A stretch of 64,000 nt of DNA, from IMG/VR virus record IMGVR_UViG_3300037606_000137, positions 32,001 through 96,000 of that record; one strand, 5' to 3'. Numbering within the stretch: the stretch's first letter is position 1; each line of letters opens with the position of its first letter. This DNA comes from a virus. Shown here one piece after another: positions 62,156 to 64,000 of the stretch. The translations under genes and the position numbers were made by a program. The notes under the pieces are model-generated. The model was not told the origin of the DNA, did no database searches, and saw only the letters and a program-made list of their open reading frames with translations.

Positions 62156-64000
62156 TTATAAAGAACAACCACCACTATCACAGCCACTATCACTACCCAT
62201 ATCATCAACATTGTCTGATTTTTTATCATCTGTATTTGCATAATATAAAGTTTTTAATCCCATTTTATATGAATATAAAATATCTTTAATTACACCACCT
62301 AATGATATACCCTCACTTGAATATTGATAATAATGGTTAGCACTTATAGATTGATCCATCCATTTTTGTATAACTGCTACAATGTTTGTATAACCATCAT
62401 TTGTTTTCATATCATATGCCATTTGATATTTATTTTTCAATTTTCTCATTTCAGGTAATACTTGTTTAACTAAACCTGATTTTGATCGTTTAGATGTTAT
62501 TAAACCTCTAGGTGGTTCAATTCCGTTTGTAGCATTTTGTATTACAGATGAACTTTCAGCTGGAAATTCAGCAGATAGTACAGAATTTCTTAACCCGTGT
62601 AATTTTATATCTTTTCTTAATTTTTCCCAATCACACGAATGTTCTCTAGTTACAATTGTATCAACATTTTTATTATATCTATCAATCGGTAAAACACCTT
62701 TACTATATGTTGTTTTATCGAACCATTCACATGCACCAAATTCTTGTGCTAATTTATTAGATGCTAATAATAATGAATACTGGAAGTGTTCAAATAATTC
62801 ATCAACTTTTTCTAAACTTTCACTATCAGTATATTTTAAATTCTGTTTAGCTAACCAATATGCAAAATTAGTAACACCAACACCAATTGAACGTCTTTTT
62901 AACATTTTACGAGATGCATTAATTGGATAATCTTGATGTGTAATAACAAAATCTAAAATTCGAACCATATATTCAGAACATTTATACAATTCTTCATTGT
63001 TTTTTATATTACCTAAATTATGTCCAGCTAAAACACATAAAGCAATTTCACCCTCAGATAAATGTTCTGTTGCAGGATTCCAATCAATATCATAAATACT
63101 TTTTAATGGTGAAACCGGTAATAAAATTTCTTGACATAAATTGCTCATTGTCAAATGATCAGTGAATGGTGAATTTTCATTTACATTATCTATAAACATT
63201 GCATATATTCTACCAGTACCGATTCTTTCTTGTGCAAAAGCATTCATTAAATCACGAGCATTTACAGTTTTACGTTTGATTTTTTTATTTGATTCATATT
63301 TGATATACAATTCGTCAAATTTATCATTATAACCAAAAACGTCATATAAACCTGGAACATCATTTGTAGAAAATAATGATATAGTTTTGTTTTCAATAAA
63401 TCTTTGGAAAAATAATTTAGAAAATTGAATTGAATAATCAACATGTCTTACTCTATTATCGTCTGTACCTTTATTGTTTTTTAATACTAAAATATCTTCA
63501 ATTTCTTGTGTCCACCATGGAAAATGTATTGTTGCGCCAGCTTTTCTAATACCACCTTGTGAACATGAATGTACTGATGCTTGTGCTTGTTTTAAAAATG
63601 GAACAATTCCTGTATGAATAACTTCACCACCACGAATCTCTGCACCTTCTCCTCTAATACGACCCATATTTAAACCTATTCCAGCTCGTTTAGCAACATA
63701 TTTTGTAATTGCTGTATTCATACTTGTTATTGTATCTAAATCATCAGCAGAATCGATTAAAACACAACTACTATATTGTCTATTAGGTGTTCTTACTCCA
63801 GCCATTATTGGTGTAGGTAATGATATTTTTTGTGTTGATATTAAATCATAAGCTTCTTTAATATGATTAATTCTTGTATCAATTGGATAATTCATAAAAG
63901 ATGTCATAGCAATTAGCATAAATGCATATTGTGGTGTTTCATAAATTGTTTTGCTTTTTCTATGTTGAACTAAATATTTGTCCATCAATTGCTGTAATCC
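62156..64000 (-). CDS. nrdA: Ribonucleotide reductase class Ia alpha subunit (5' end beyond the window)
   Basis: PTPIMAG, SSCVL, SNLCQEI, TNGIEP, KTLYY, C-terminal CDSGGC. Confidence 0.97.
   Translation of the reverse strand, partial: GLQQLMDKYLVQHRKSKTIYETPQYAFMLIAMTSFMNYPIDTRINHIKEAYDLISTQKISLPTPIMAGVRTPNRQYSSCVLIDSADDLDTITSMNTAITKYVAKRAGIGLNMGRIRGEGAEIRGGEVIHTGIVPFLKQAQASVHSCSQGGIRKAGATIHFPWWTQEIEDILVLKNNKGTDDNRVRHVDYSIQFSKLFFQRFIENKTISLFSTNDVPGLYDVFGYNDKFDELYIKYESNKKIKRKTVNARDLMNAFAQERIGTGRIYAMFIDNVNENSPFTDHLTMSNLCQEILLPVSPLKSIYDIDWNPATEHLSEGEIALCVLAGHNLGNIKNNEELYKCSEYMVRILDFVITHQDYPINASRKMLKRRSIGVGVTNFAYWLAKQNLKYTDSESLEKVDELFEHFQYSLLLASNKLAQEFGACEWFDKTTYSKGVLPIDRYNKNVDTIVTREHSCDWEKLRKDIKLHGLRNSVLSAEFPAESSSVIQNATNGIEPPRGLITSKRSKSGLVKQVLPEMRKLKNKYQMAYDMKTNDGYTNIVAVIQKWMDQSISANHYYQYSSEGISLGGVIKDILYSYKMGLKTLYYANTDDKKSDNVDDMGSDSGCDSGGCSL

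Overview
Very AT-rich segment of a T4-like jumbo phage genome. The host is most likely a Bacteroidota bacterium, judging by TAnnTTTG promoters, a T9SS-type cargo protein and an Hc1-like protein. The window holds class Ia nrdA/nrdB, a type II topoisomerase fractured by a split intein with an endonuclease between the halves, an NAD-dependent ligase, a sliding clamp, two sigma factors, a PARP, an NAD salvage set, Thg1, a GH19 endolysin, baseplate and neck genes, and several homing endonucleases. The most unusual signals are non-coding. (1) Two leader-peptide/antiterminator/terminator units precede phage tRNA genes, and their control codons match the downstream tRNAs: YSYYY before tRNA-Tyr, and DRYYDREPER before the Glu/Pro/Asp/Asp/Tyr cluster. 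These look like ribosome-stalling attenuators that would switch on phage tRNAs when host tRNAs are depleted. (2) The tRNA-Tyr is split at its variable arm by an HNH gene with no visible ribozyme core. (3) An array of tRNA-like RNAs keeps acceptor/D/T arms but has deleted, shrunken or expanded anticodon arms. (4) A structured ncRNA of about 700 nt or more lies at the left edge. All calls come from reading motifs by eye; no database searches were run.
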